Made by a program: the position numbers and the translations under genes
Virus record (IMG/VR): IMGVR_UViG_3300034103_001442
Location: 64,001 to 128,000 of that record
Length of the DNA stretch: 64,000 bases
From: a virus
Strand: one strand, 5' to 3'
Shown here: positions 18,486 to 27,948 of the stretch, piece after piece
How positions within the stretch are numbered: position 1 is the stretch's first letter
How the letters are laid out: the number at the start of each line of letters is the position of its first letter
The notes under the pieces: generated by a model
Database searches by the model: none
What the model was told of the DNA's origin: nothing
Seen by the model: the letters and a program-made list of their open reading frames with translations, nothing else

Positions 18486-19790
18486 TTAACGTGTGATTTC
18501 TTCCCAGTCCATTGACGCTAGGACATCATCACCATTCGACGCACCTGTTGCTATGATTGAAATCGATTCTGGAGTTGAGGTTAAACTGTTTCTGGTAAGT
18601 TGGAATTTGAACAACGCTTCTTTCAAAATATCCAACGATTGTGATGCTTGGTTGGTAACTCCCAAATAACCGTTAGCCAACACTGAGTAGCCACTGATGC
18701 CTGTAGCAGAAAGGTCGTATTCAACCGCTGAATCTGAACCTGCAGATGTCCAATTCGGGCTGGTCAGGGTTCCACCTCTCGCGACTCTCCATTCAATTCT
18801 TGTGTTATTACCTAAACCGAGCAAAGATATGGCAGTCAAAATAACAATAGCATCAAGCCTGTCCGATTTCAACCTCAGTGAAACAACAGGAATAAATGTT
18901 CCAGCCGTTGGCATATCTTTTGGGGTTGTTATAGGTGTTCCTATTGAGGATTGAGCGCCTCTGAGTTCATAACCACCCTCACTGATCACACTACTACAAA
19001 TCTGTTTAAATACACTATTGGATCCAGTAGTGTTAGTATTTTTGATTTCTATTCTCAAAGGCAATGATGCTGTGGTGATGTAAGTGGATGCTAACACGTT
19101 AGCATGGTGAAATACATGACATTGGATAAAGACGCCATCGATGACGAATCCACACCTTACAGAGCCAACTCCAAGCCATTCAATATCAATAAACATGATT
19201 TGTGCTTTTGTTATGTCCAAAGTTTTTCTTGAAGGACCATTACCAAGCAAGTTGTCACAATTCCAGTTAGTTTGCGACACTCTAGTTTCTGTTGGTGATC
19301 CTGTAACCAAAGATCTTTCAACCAGATAAAGATTTGTGCCATCCAACTCTAAATAGATTCCATTATCTTTCCCGAAATATCCAGCACGTTGTCTCAAATT
19401 AGATTTTGCTGGATTAAAAACGAAAGTATTCAAAATTTGCAGTGATTTGCCAGGCTGGTAAGGGAAAACTTTATTTGTTTCTCTAATAATTTCTGCATTT
19501 GCTGTAGTGTCTAAATTTAAATTAATCAGACCTTCATTTGCCGAAAAAGAATATGTTGTTGTGGCTGTATTTGAAGTTGACCACAATCCATTATCTTTAT
19601 AACGGTGGCTAGAGTCGAACAATGTCAATGGCGTTGACATTCTTGCTCTACCAAACGCATCTACTGCTTGACCTGTGAAATTTGAGCCATTGATTGGGTT
19701 GCCGTAAATGTCGGCAAGCATCATCATCTCATAAAGATGAACATTATGCGGTTGTTTGAATTCGTAACTATCTGTACGCCACTGTGCCAT
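18486..19790 (-). CDS. virion structural protein
   Basis: DAFGR.R.S.P.TLFDS, YQPGKS, EWLGVGSVR, SVISEGG, ends WEEI; beta-rich. Confidence 0.7.
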   Translation of the reverse strand: MAQWRTDSYEFKQPHNVHLYEMMMLADIYGNPINGSNFTGQAVDAFGRARMSTPLTLFDSSHRYKDNGLWSTSNTATTTYSFSANEGLINLNLDTTANAEIIRETNKVFPYQPGKSLQILNTFVFNPAKSNLRQRAGYFGKDNGIYLELDGTNLYLVERSLVTGSPTETRVSQTNWNCDNLLGNGPSRKTLDITKAQIMFIDIEWLGVGSVRCGFVIDGVFIQCHVFHHANVLASTYITTASLPLRIEIKNTNTTGSNSVFKQICSSVISEGGYELRGAQSSIGTPITTPKDMPTAGTFIPVVSLRLKSDRLDAIVILTAISLLGLGNNTRIEWRVARGGTLTSPNWTSAGSDSAVEYDLSATGISGYSVLANGYLGVTNQASQSLDILKEALFKFQLTRNSLTSTPESISIIATGASNGDDVLASMDWEEITR

Positions 19791-21508
19791 TACTTAACTC
19801 CCATGCCTGTGCGCACATCATTATACAATTCTTCTTTGTGCGCGTCTGACATTGTTGGTGGTGCCATTTTGAAGAATGCTTTTTTGTTTCCCGCTGCGGC
19901 GTGTTTACGCATCGCAGTTCCTGAGGCAGAGGTCAGCCCAGCCCCACCTTCTGCTCTTTCTTCACCTACTGGTTTGACTGTAATATTTTTGAAATTATAG
20001 TAGCCATGAGCAGACTCTTTACCGTTGTAATCGTTCAATAACTTTTTGAACGGCTCGACGCGGTCTGATCCAACATGAACTGTTAAATTTTCAACACCCT
20101 GTTTATGTAATGCTGCTGCATGGTGAAGAATTGTTGGTGCTGCTTTATCGGCAATTTTGATATTGGCTTTTGGAAATGCTCGTCTGGCATGCTTCAATTT
20201 TTGCTCGGGGGTCAATGGGTTTTTCTTATTGTCCTGAGTTGCCGTCAAAACGATTGTATGACCAGCGCCCTCTTTTTCAGCATCTTCGGTGACTTGATTA
20301 AATACTGCAGCATGACCAGCGTGAATTGGATTGACGCGACCGAGTGTAAGGTGGTGCGACTTGTTGCCCTTTTTAGCAGCAGCCAGTATTGCCCCACGTG
20401 CTCTATTTGCGGCGGTGAATTTTTTGACATTAACAACTTTTAATCCACGTGACACAAACCCCTCACCCTCTGATTCTTGCTCTCCGATTTTGTGGGTGTA
20501 ACCGCCATGTGCAGTTTTAGCCAGCCCAGATGCTAGTGAGTTGGTGGCATTTTGTACATGCTGATAGATTTGTAATGTTCTATCAAATGCCTTTCTATTT
20601 TTCTCAACGTGAGCGAGACTTGAGTCTTTTTCAGCAGCCTTTTGTAATTTTGATTTCTCAGTTTTTACTTTCTCAATACGTTTGCCATGATATTTTTCGA
20701 GAAACTTTTTATACCCATCAACACTTGCGGTTTCACCAGTGTCAATGGTTGAGTTTGTATATGCACGGAGTGTTTGCTCATGACCTGCCAAATGATCATA
20801 GGTGTGTTTTGCTAGTAGGTCAGCGGCTGCTTTGGTATGCGTTCTAACCTCTTTACGATCTTCTGGGTTCAACGCTTGCTCTTCAACACCTACAGTGTGA
20901 CGCATGACGTGAACATCTGGATGCTCTGAAAACTCTGAAGTGTTTGTGACTGGTGTTGCCTTTCTTTGCGGACCTTTCAGTTCACTATGAAGCACCACAC
21001 TGATTTTAGATTTTTTAAGTTTTTGCCCCTCTGGAGAGTTCAGAGGAACTGAATACGTTACAGTGTTGGGCGTGTGGCTGATTTTACCATTTCCCACAAC
21101 TCTTTTATCAGGAGTGCTGAGGTAACCACCCTGCCACTCGCCTTCTCTTTTTGGAATAACTTTTCCAATGTGTCTCAAAATGTGTTTGAGTGGCGCGGCG
21201 AGGTATGGCTTATGACCATGCTGGCGATCAACATCCTCTTCAGAGTAGTTGTACTGGGCTCCTGTTCCCTTGTACTTCACTCCAACTTTACCATTTTTAG
21301 AACGAACAACTTGGAACGACATACCATCATCTACTTTTGTAGAGGTATGAAACCTGCCAGTAGCAACACCGCGTATGGTGTTCAGCGCATGGTTGGCTGC
21401 ACTTTTGCCATCAAATGTTCTATGGGCTGGGTGCTCTATGTGAAGTATGCCGCCCTCATGTTTGACTTCTTCAGTCAGAAACTTTATGATCTTATCTAGA
21501 TTGAACAT
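19790..21508 (-). CDS. fusion: ligase-like nucleotidyltransferase-type N-domain plus HxGH cytidylyltransferase-like domain
   Basis: TKVDDG, EGEGFV in N-half; GRVNPIHAGH, KNPL, VGSDRV, SGTAMR in C-half. Confidence 0.7.
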   Translation of the reverse strand: MFNLDKIIKFLTEEVKHEGGILHIEHPAHRTFDGKSAANHALNTIRGVATGRFHTSTKVDDGMSFQVVRSKNGKVGVKYKGTGAQYNYSEEDVDRQHGHKPYLAAPLKHILRHIGKVIPKREGEWQGGYLSTPDKRVVGNGKISHTPNTVTYSVPLNSPEGQKLKKSKISVVLHSELKGPQRKATPVTNTSEFSEHPDVHVMRHTVGVEEQALNPEDRKEVRTHTKAAADLLAKHTYDHLAGHEQTLRAYTNSTIDTGETASVDGYKKFLEKYHGKRIEKVKTEKSKLQKAAEKDSSLAHVEKNRKAFDRTLQIYQHVQNATNSLASGLAKTAHGGYTHKIGEQESEGEGFVSRGLKVVNVKKFTAANRARGAILAAAKKGNKSHHLTLGRVNPIHAGHAAVFNQVTEDAEKEGAGHTIVLTATQDNKKNPLTPEQKLKHARRAFPKANIKIADKAAPTILHHAAALHKQGVENLTVHVGSDRVEPFKKLLNDYNGKESAHGYYNFKNITVKPVGEERAEGGAGLTSASGTAMRKHAAAGNKKAFFKMAPPTMSDAHKEELYNDVRTGMGVK

Positions 21509-21532
21509 GCGCGAATCCTATAGGTTGTGATT

Positions 21533-21544
21533 TATTTATAAATA
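21533..21544. promoter_or_regulatory. overlapping divergent late promoters
   Basis: TATTTATAAATA gives TATAAATA on both strands between divergent genes. Confidence 0.8.
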
Positions 21545-21561
21545 CACTGAAAAGGTGACGA

Positions 21562-22914
21562 ATGGCAAGAGGACTTACACATCCATCAGCGCACATAGGC
21601 AAACCGCTGGTTGATCTGGACACGAAACAAGAATACGTCTATGAGGGGTTTCAGTTCTACTCAGACCTGAAAAAAGTTCCAGGCAATTATTCAATCATAA
21701 AAGAGGTGAACAAATCACCAAGTGTTAAGTCTGCAGCACTTTTTAAATTCAACAAGTCAAATAAAAAATATGGCATCCTGTATTATGCCAGGTCAGTAAC
21801 TTCATCTACTAAAATTAATGCTGGCACTTTCAACATGCAGTACTCTGGGCGTAAGGGTGCTACCGAAAATTTAGGCATTACCTCTGATAAATTGATCAAG
21901 GGTGGTAAAATACAAAACAGAGTGTTGAATGGTTTGCCTGTAAATTGTGCAGTGTTTTCTTCAAAGCGAGAACTGTCAGAGTCAATTTTAAACGGACTCA
22001 AGGGTAACTTGAAAGTTGGTCCACAGGTTTTCGATACCGTCAAAGATTATTTGGGTAGTGATTTAACAAAGTTCAATTGGCAACAGGGTATTCAAGACTC
22101 TGATGTAAACGAACTTGGCAAGTACCTCGGCGAACTTGTTATTGGCGTTTGTGTCCTTGGTAAAAAGTTCAGTCCAGTTTTCAGTGAGAATATTTTTGCG
22201 GGAAAACAAATCAAGGAGTTCATAGTGCCTGATGACCCTTCATTTTCAGGCGTTGACTCAGCATTTGTATTGAATGATGGCACCCTCATTCCAATTTCAT
22301 CTAAACTTGGCGCTGGCGCAAAGGCATCAGTGTTCACCAACCTTTTACCAAAGGTGATGGGAAGTAAAAAGGCAATGGGGGATAGTGTTATCAAACAACT
22401 TGCTGATAGTGCTAAAAAGATCGGTATCAGCATTGAAGATTTAAATGCCAAACGTGGCGCAAAGGACATCGTGTATGAATACGGTGTCCGTAAAATTTTG
22501 AAATTGAGTCAAGTTGAAGTCCCAGACCCATATCAAGTGTTCAGGGACATTAAACAAAACCCAAACAAACTTTCCAAGTCAGCCAAAGCAGTCGTCGATG
22601 CCATTAAGAAAAACCCAAACATCGATGAAAACGTGAAGGCAAAACTACCAATGTCTGTCACCTCTGCTTTTTGTAGAGAAATAGCAAGACGCTTAAATGC
22701 TGATGAAGCCAGTCAAAAGATTGTCACGGAAATTTTAGCTGGCAAAAACTTTTACCAAGCAAACCTTGACTTGATAAAATGGAAAAAAGGAGAAGTCTAT
22801 TTCAAACTTCTCCTTTCTGGCAACGCCAACGTTGGTTTCGTAGGTAACAAAGCGGCTACTGATGACCTTGAAGCGAAACAAGGTCTGGTCAATTACGAGT
22901 TAAAGTATAGTTAA
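21562..22914 (+). CDS. hypothetical late protein, possible PD-(D/E)xK nuclease fold
   Basis: 450-aa ORF; LGE..G...P.DPSF.GVDS...ISSK arrangement. Confidence 0.7.
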   Translation: MARGLTHPSAHIGKPLVDLDTKQEYVYEGFQFYSDLKKVPGNYSIIKEVNKSPSVKSAALFKFNKSNKKYGILYYARSVTSSTKINAGTFNMQYSGRKGATENLGITSDKLIKGGKIQNRVLNGLPVNCAVFSSKRELSESILNGLKGNLKVGPQVFDTVKDYLGSDLTKFNWQQGIQDSDVNELGKYLGELVIGVCVLGKKFSPVFSENIFAGKQIKEFIVPDDPSFSGVDSAFVLNDGTLIPISSKLGAGAKASVFTNLLPKVMGSKKAMGDSVIKQLADSAKKIGISIEDLNAKRGAKDIVYEYGVRKILKLSQVEVPDPYQVFRDIKQNPNKLSKSAKAVVDAIKKNPNIDENVKAKLPMSVTSAFCREIARRLNADEASQKIVTEILAGKNFYQANLDLIKWKKGEVYFKLLLSGNANVGFVGNKAATDDLEAKQGLVNYELKYS

Positions 22915-23445
22915 CCAAGGTGGCGGTGGTCTTTTAGTCCACTTATGCAGGTGTGTTTTACCCTGACAATAGTAGTTGCGATAATTCTCAACGGGATCAT
23001 CTGATACAATATACTTCTTGTCCATTGCTGGCGGTGGCTTGGTAAAGTCCCACTCTTTCAAATTCATCGGTGGTGACTGTAAAGCATATGCCAAACCATC
23101 TTGGTCAATCTTATGCTTTTTGCCATAACGGTAAGTATACTCTGTCATCAAGCCATACAAGTGATCAACCAACCAACTATAATTTTCTACCGAACTGCGG
23201 CACCAAACTGCTGATGGGTGATTGATATGCGTGGCTGAATAGAAAGTAAGGTCGCGATGATCATCCAGTCGCCAACGACGAGCCTTGCGACCTGTTGCAG
23301 TGCTACCCTGATATTCGGTGCCATCAATAAGTCTATGCGCAGTGCAAAGCAACTGTGCTGACTCTAGGATCATCTTGACTACATGACGGTCAACCATCCA
23401 TTCGGCTGCTTGCCTTGGATCATTTGAGAGGTAAAATATATTCAT
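22900..23445 (-). CDS. denV: pyrimidine-dimer DNA glycosylase / endonuclease V-like
   Basis: MNIFYL..D.HVVKMILESAQLL, H.NHPSAVW, EYTYRYGK.H. Confidence 0.8.
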   Translation of the reverse strand: MNIFYLSNDPRQAAEWMVDRHVVKMILESAQLLCTAHRLIDGTEYQGSTATGRKARRWRLDDHRDLTFYSATHINHPSAVWCRSSVENYSWLVDHLYGLMTEYTYRYGKKHKIDQDGLAYALQSPPMNLKEWDFTKPPPAMDKKYIVSDDPVENYRNYYCQGKTHLHKWTKRPPPPWLTIL

Positions 23446-23702
23446 AAAGAGTTTACAAGTTGTCCCTGCATTGGCATTTCGAAAGTTCTATCTTTCTCAT
23501 CCCAAAACTCAGCAATTGCATCTTTGGCAAACTCTAGGGAAACGTACTGTCCGAGGATTAATTCCTCATTGGCTGATACTAGAATTTTAGCACCCCAAAT
23601 AGAGGTATATGCCATATTGTACACTTGACCAATTATCAAGCCATTGCGGACTTGATAATAGTACTGGACGCCTTTATCAACGTCCCGCCACTCACGTCTC
23701 AT
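23442..23702 (-). CDS. hypothetical protein
   Basis: coupled ORF. Confidence 0.6.
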   Translation of the reverse strand: MRREWRDVDKGVQYYYQVRNGLIIGQVYNMAYTSIWGAKILVSANEELILGQYVSLEFAKDAIAEFWDEKDRTFEMPMQGQLVNSL

Positions 23703-23705
23703 AAT

Positions 23706-24215
23706 TTAATCCCAAAGGTTTTCGTAATATTTACCAAACAAACGGAATGCATTTTTTTTGCGATCATGATATGCTTTCATTTTTACCATATCATAAATTG
23801 GTTCGACAAGAGTTACCCTTTCAGTCCAGTCTTCGCCTTCTTTTTTCACCCACTTGTATTTACCTTTCTTGATGCAAAAATTTGGGTCACGGTTTTTGGC
23901 AAGTTCGCCAAATGCCCAAATCATCTCGCCAAGAATCCAGTCCCAACGCTTGAAGTGGTTGGAGTCTGTGTCCCATTCATTTTTCTTTGGCTTGGCTGCA
24001 GTTGAACGCAGATGTTCAGGAACATCTTCATCATCAGTGTAAGGTGCTCCATGCGCAGTTTTCTTCAACTGTTTGAGCATTGGATAAATGATATCAGAAA
24101 GAGTGTGAGCCATGTCCCAAGTGTCCCATGGATCAATATGAATAAACTTTTTTTGATCACCCTTCTTTGGGTATTTGCGAATTGTTACTTTCATTTTGTT
24201 TTTTCGTGCAGCCAT
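23706..24215 (-). CDS. conserved phage hypothetical protein
   Basis: DTWDM.HTL..II.PML..RWDWIL.EMIWAF..LFGKYY.NLWD. Confidence 0.7.
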   Translation of the reverse strand: MAARKNKMKVTIRKYPKKGDQKKFIHIDPWDTWDMAHTLSDIIYPMLKQLKKTAHGAPYTDDEDVPEHLRSTAAKPKKNEWDTDSNHFKRWDWILGEMIWAFGELAKNRDPNFCIKKGKYKWVKKEGEDWTERVTLVEPIYDMVKMKAYHDRKKNAFRLFGKYYENLWD

Positions 24216-24296
24216 TCAGCCGCTTCACAAAGAAACTTCACCAAAAAAATAATACCAAGAAAAAGTGCACCTGTTAAAAGCAAACCCAATGTCAAA

Positions 24297-24566
24297 TCAG
24301 TTATCATTTTTCGTTACTGGACTGATGTCAACATCAAATGTTCTTACTTCGACAGTTTCGTAGTAACCCTGACTCCAAAGTTTTTGGGCTCTGCTTTTGG
24401 CATCCAAATACTCAACGTGAACGCTGTCATCAAACCACCACCAACGGTCGAAAAACCATTGAGGCTCACGGCGATACTCAACGTACCACTTGCCGCTGTA
24501 TTTGGTAACTTTGACTTTAAGTATTGGGTGTTTCTTTAAATAAAACCCAGAGTCGTTGATGTCCAT
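24297..24566 (-). CDS. hypothetical protein
   Basis: ORF track. Confidence 0.55.
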   Translation of the reverse strand: MDINDSGFYLKKHPILKVKVTKYSGKWYVEYRREPQWFFDRWWWFDDSVHVEYLDAKSRAQKLWSQGYYETVEVRTFDVDISPVTKNDN

Positions 24567-24598
24567 ATTATACCACTTTTACCAGATCTTGTATATAT

Positions 24599-24862
24599 TT
24601 AAGCGAAAAGGTATCTCAAGATTCCAGCAAATAAAATGACCCCAAGGGTGCCATTCAGCACCATGATTGCTCGGTCATTCCATTTCCAGCCGACATAAAA
24701 CCAGCCGACAACACCAAGCCAACTAAAGAAAATGTCATAGATGAGGAGTTCAATCACACCGCTCGAGCGAAAAGTCACAGCAATCAAAACAAAAATGCTC
24801 GAGACCCACTTGATATACCAAGTGGCATCATATTTCGGTGTGACTGATTCCATTGTACTCAT
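24599..24862 (-). CDS. three-TM membrane protein
   Basis: WYIKW.SS..W.DRA..LN hydrophobic pattern. Confidence 0.65.
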   Translation of the reverse strand: MSTMESVTPKYDATWYIKWVSSIFVLIAVTFRSSGVIELLIYDIFFSWLGVVGWFYVGWKWNDRAIMVLNGTLGVILFAGILRYLFA

Positions 24863-25053
24863 CTTACATCATCCCTCTGCTTTCTGTAGTTGAGTATAGT
24901 GACCGCATCATTGATTTGGTCAAGGTACTTACACTCAGCAGTGTAGTTGAAGCCAGCCATGTTGTTGGCTGCATCCCGCGCATCCTTAATGATATACAGG
25001 AGTTCTTCGTTTGTTTTACCGTGATATGGATGTCCATCGAGAATTTTAGACAT
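24859..25053 (-). CDS. hypothetical protein
   Basis: start MSKILD after GAGGT RBS. Confidence 0.6.
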   Translation of the reverse strand: MSKILDGHPYHGKTNEELLYIIKDARDAANNMAGFNYTAECKYLDQINDAVTILNYRKQRDDVR

Positions 25054-25399
25054 TGTTAACACCTCGAACAAGTGGGGCAACCCCAGACTTAATTTCTTCC
25101 AAAGCATTATCCAGCAAACGGTCGCCGATTTCTTCGAGCACTCGTTTGCCATTTGGCACAAGGTAAAGACCCTTCCACTGTATCCCAACTGACTTGGCGA
25201 GTGAACTCATGGAAAAGTAATTCGGCTTGTCACCGTCATTGAACAAACGGTAGTACATATTTTGGTACTTGCGCCACTTGTCCATTTTCGGAGTTGAGCA
25301 CTTGTCATAGTAGGGGATATACTTATCCGCAACTGCCACTTCTTCTTCGCGGCGACCAGCCCAAAACGTTTCGGGGAATTTCAAATCTTGCTGAACCAT
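25046..25399 (-). CDS. hypothetical early protein
   Basis: follows promoter at 25432-25460; YYRLFNDG. Confidence 0.65.
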   Translation of the reverse strand: MVQQDLKFPETFWAGRREEEVAVADKYIPYYDKCSTPKMDKWRKYQNMYYRLFNDGDKPNYFSMSSLAKSVGIQWKGLYLVPNGKRVLEEIGDRLLDNALEEIKSGVAPLVRGVNNV

Positions 25400-25431
25400 C
25401 TTTATTTTCCTAATTACCAAACTATAGATCA

Positions 25432-25460
25432 AGTATAGGTTATTTCAGAAATAAAATAAA
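25432..25460 (-). promoter_or_regulatory. phage early-type promoter
   Basis: TTTATT-TTATTTCTGAAATAACC-TATACT (17-nt spacer). Confidence 0.75.
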
Positions 25461-25470
25461 GTCTTTTTTT

Positions 25471-25509
25471 AAAAAAACGGCGAGCCTCTTTTCAGAAACT
25501 CGCCGTTTT
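25471..25509 (-). terminator. rho-independent terminator
   Basis: AAACGGCGAG/CTCGCCGTTT hairpin followed by T-run on minus strand. Confidence 0.75.
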
Positions 25510-25511
25510 CA

Positions 25512-25919
25512 TTAGGCTACGCGAGTAACGGTAACAAACCCACGACCAACCTTACGCGAGAACCGCGCACCAGTGATCTTGCTAACGTACTTCATAGCAT
25601 TGACCACCTTACGCACAGTCTTGCGCTTGGAGTATCGGTTATCAGCACTTGTCTTAAACGACACCACCGAGCCAACACCCTGATTCTTCGCTAGAAGAAT
25701 TTGGCGAGTGAAACCACTTCGACGACGACCACGCTCACCGATAAAATTCGGATCAGCAAGTTCCGCAGTTACAGTTTCAGCCACCACTTCAGTTACAAGT
25801 CCCTCGAGAACTCGGACTTCCTGGAGGAGTTTCGAATAAGACTTCTGTGCTCCTTCAATGACCGACTCAAGATGAACCAACTGCTCACGCTTCACGTTCA
25901 AAATATTCTGCAAATTCAT
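25512..25919 (-). CDS. basic hypothetical early protein
   Basis: own promoter (25972-26000) and terminator; GGAG RBS. Confidence 0.7.
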   Translation of the reverse strand: MNLQNILNVKREQLVHLESVIEGAQKSYSKLLQEVRVLEGLVTEVVAETVTAELADPNFIGERGRRRSGFTRQILLAKNQGVGSVVSFKTSADNRYSKRKTVRKVVNAMKYVSKITGARFSRKVGRGFVTVTRVA

Positions 25920-25971
25920 ATCAACATCTCCATTACAAAAGTTACTAAACAATTAATCAACCAACTAAACC

Positions 25972-26000
25972 AGTATACGTTTTTTCAGAAATAAAATAAA
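25972..26000 (-). promoter_or_regulatory. phage early-type promoter
   Basis: TTTATT-TTATTTCTGAAAAAACG-TATACT. Confidence 0.75.
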
Positions 26001-26007
26001 GTCTTTT

Positions 26008-26262
26008 TTATTCCTCCTTTTGCGCCCCAACCTTCCGCAAAAGTTCGTATCGCTCGCTGCTGAATTGTTCAAACATTCGCCAAAGTTTATCAAACTTCGC
26101 CTCATACAATGTTTCAATTCCAATCAGCATGTTAGCAACCTTATCATCATGACCCTTTTCCAGCGGCGCATCAAGCATAAACTCACTGACAGTTTTAATA
26201 TCAGAGGTCACGCGCCAGCATTCCATAATCTGTTGTTCAAAATCGAATTGATCGTACTTCAT
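26008..26262 (-). CDS. hypothetical protein
   Basis: FD.EQQIM.CW...D..KFDKLW..FE. Confidence 0.65.
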   Translation of the reverse strand: MKYDQFDFEQQIMECWRVTSDIKTVSEFMLDAPLEKGHDDKVANMLIGIETLYEAKFDKLWRMFEQFSSERYELLRKVGAQKEE

Positions 26263-26263
26263 A

Positions 26264-26581
26264 TTAACCTCTACGCATCCGCGAAATATCTTTCATTTGT
26301 TCATCGTTAATAACTGGCACTGCGTTTGACTTATGCATTGTTGCAATGCCCTTAATCAAAGTGCCAGTATACTTCAGTGACTCTTTACGAGTGGTTGAAG
26401 ATAGGTCACTGGTCAATGACTCGAGGCGACTCGCCTGATCAGAGCCAGGACGTAGGTATGACACTGCTGAAAGTTTCAGGGTGCTGGTAATCTTATCAGT
26501 TCTCTGATACTTTTGGGCAATGACACCTTTCAACTTACGCTTTTTTTTCGGTTTGAACCGAGTAGCGCAATACACCATCAT
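26264..26581 (-). CDS. conserved T4-like hypothetical protein
   Basis: YTGTLIKGIATMHKSNAVPV motif. Confidence 0.7.
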   Translation of the reverse strand: MMVYCATRFKPKKKRKLKGVIAQKYQRTDKITSTLKLSAVSYLRPGSDQASRLESLTSDLSSTTRKESLKYTGTLIKGIATMHKSNAVPVINDEQMKDISRMRRG

Positions 26582-26775
26582 GGACTGGGATACCTCTCAT
26601 TGTGAGAACGGTAAAAGGAATTAATTTTACCAATCTCACGGGACATTTCAATTACAAAGTCGTGAATGTCTTCCTCATTTCGAGAAATGTCATTCAACTT
26701 ATGAACAAACTCGCGCAGCACGCGAATTTCTTCCATAGTGCCTCGCGGCATAACTTCAAAATCACCTTCACTCAT
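26578..26775 (-). CDS. hypothetical protein
   Basis: follows promoter 26785-26813, GGAG RBS. Confidence 0.6.
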   Translation of the reverse strand: MSEGDFEVMPRGTMEEIRVLREFVHKLNDISRNEEDIHDFVIEMSREIGKINSFYRSHNERYPSP

Positions 26776-26784
26776 ATAGTCTCC

Positions 26785-26813
26785 AGTATACGCGTTATAA
26801 GAAAAAAAGAAAA
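26785..26813 (-). promoter_or_regulatory. phage early-type promoter
   Basis: TTTTCT-N17-TATACT. Confidence 0.65.
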
Positions 26814-26814
26814 G

Positions 26815-27000
26815 TTATTCGTTGTTTTGAAAATCTTCAAAGTGAAACCACTCACAAATCTCATTCAGAACTGCTCGCTCAATCTGTTCGCGAACATGAT
26901 GATCTTCTGGTTGATCAGTATGCTTGTGTGCACGATTCCAGCCAAGCATAACGCCAGTCTCAACACACTGAGCAATTAGATTGTATTCTTTTGCTTTCAT
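26815..27000 (-). CDS. hypothetical protein
   Basis: start MKAKEY with GGAGG RBS. Confidence 0.6.
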   Translation of the reverse strand: MKAKEYNLIAQCVETGVMLGWNRAHKHTDQPEDHHVREQIERAVLNEICEWFHFEDFQNNE

Positions 27001-27162
27001 TTTACAACCTCCCAGCACTTGGCAACTGCATCTTTGTGAATCATCGTTGAGTTGGCTTCGAGGCAATTGCTATAGATTCTTTTCTCTGTAAGAGTAAACC
27101 CAAGCAGATACCCCAAAACAAATAAAATTAACGCTACCACAAAAATTGGCATTGCATTATCA

Positions 27163-27459
27163 TCATTCATATGTCATCTCCCATCTTGGCGTTCTATGCC
27201 AAACGATTTTTGAATTTGTTTTTTCATACTGCTCAACCAACTGCTGCAATGTCCACACAGCATCAGTCTCAACAGTTTCGAGCCAATCGCTGAATTTGTT
27301 ATAATCATCTGCCTTCATTATTGGCAAACCGATTTCTTCTGGATAACTCCAATCGCCACCATACATGTCGATACGACCACCAGCCCAATCACTGCCATGC
27401 TCTTTGATCCAATCCATATTGATCGGACCCATATAGTTGGTGCTGTAATGAATAGGCAT
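27163..27459 (-). CDS. hypothetical protein
   Basis: ORF track. Confidence 0.6.
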   Translation of the reverse strand: MPIHYSTNYMGPINMDWIKEHGSDWAGGRIDMYGGDWSYPEEIGLPIMKADDYNKFSDWLETVETDAVWTLQQLVEQYEKTNSKIVWHRTPRWEMTYE

Positions 27460-27603
27460 TACTCTATCTCTACTCCCATCGCATCAGCAATGCTTGTATA
27501 GATAAGTGCGAACATCATAAACACTACAAGCAGTGGAACAACCACAATTAGCCAAACAGGAAATGTGATTGTAAGAACTCCAGCAAGAATCTTCTTCTGT
27601 TTG

Positions 27604-27840
27604 TTAGTCATTGCCTTCACCATAATACTTCAACACAGTCTTGAATGCATCGATGTGTCGCTTGATCTCAGCAATGTCTTTCTTCTTGTTTGTGTCAAAG
27701 ATGGCAATCCACTCTTTGCCCTTCTTCCGTTTCTCAAGATCAACTTCAAGATTCTCAACAAGACTCTTCATTGAAGAAGTTGTAATCTTGTCAATTGTAT
27801 CCCAATCAAGTTCAACTGTGATTTTCTTGTCCATTTTCAT
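27604..27840 (-). CDS. hypothetical protein
   Basis: ORF track, GGAG RBS. Confidence 0.6.
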   Translation of the reverse strand: MKMDKKITVELDWDTIDKITTSSMKSLVENLEVDLEKRKKGKEWIAIFDTNKKKDIAEIKRHIDAFKTVLKYYGEGND

Positions 27841-27948
27841 CTCCAAAAAATACGAATCATGATTGGTCCAATGCGAATGTCACGATAAGGATTGCCATTG
27901 TTGAATCGCACAGTTGATCCGAATGACCAATGCTTGACCCAATGAATA

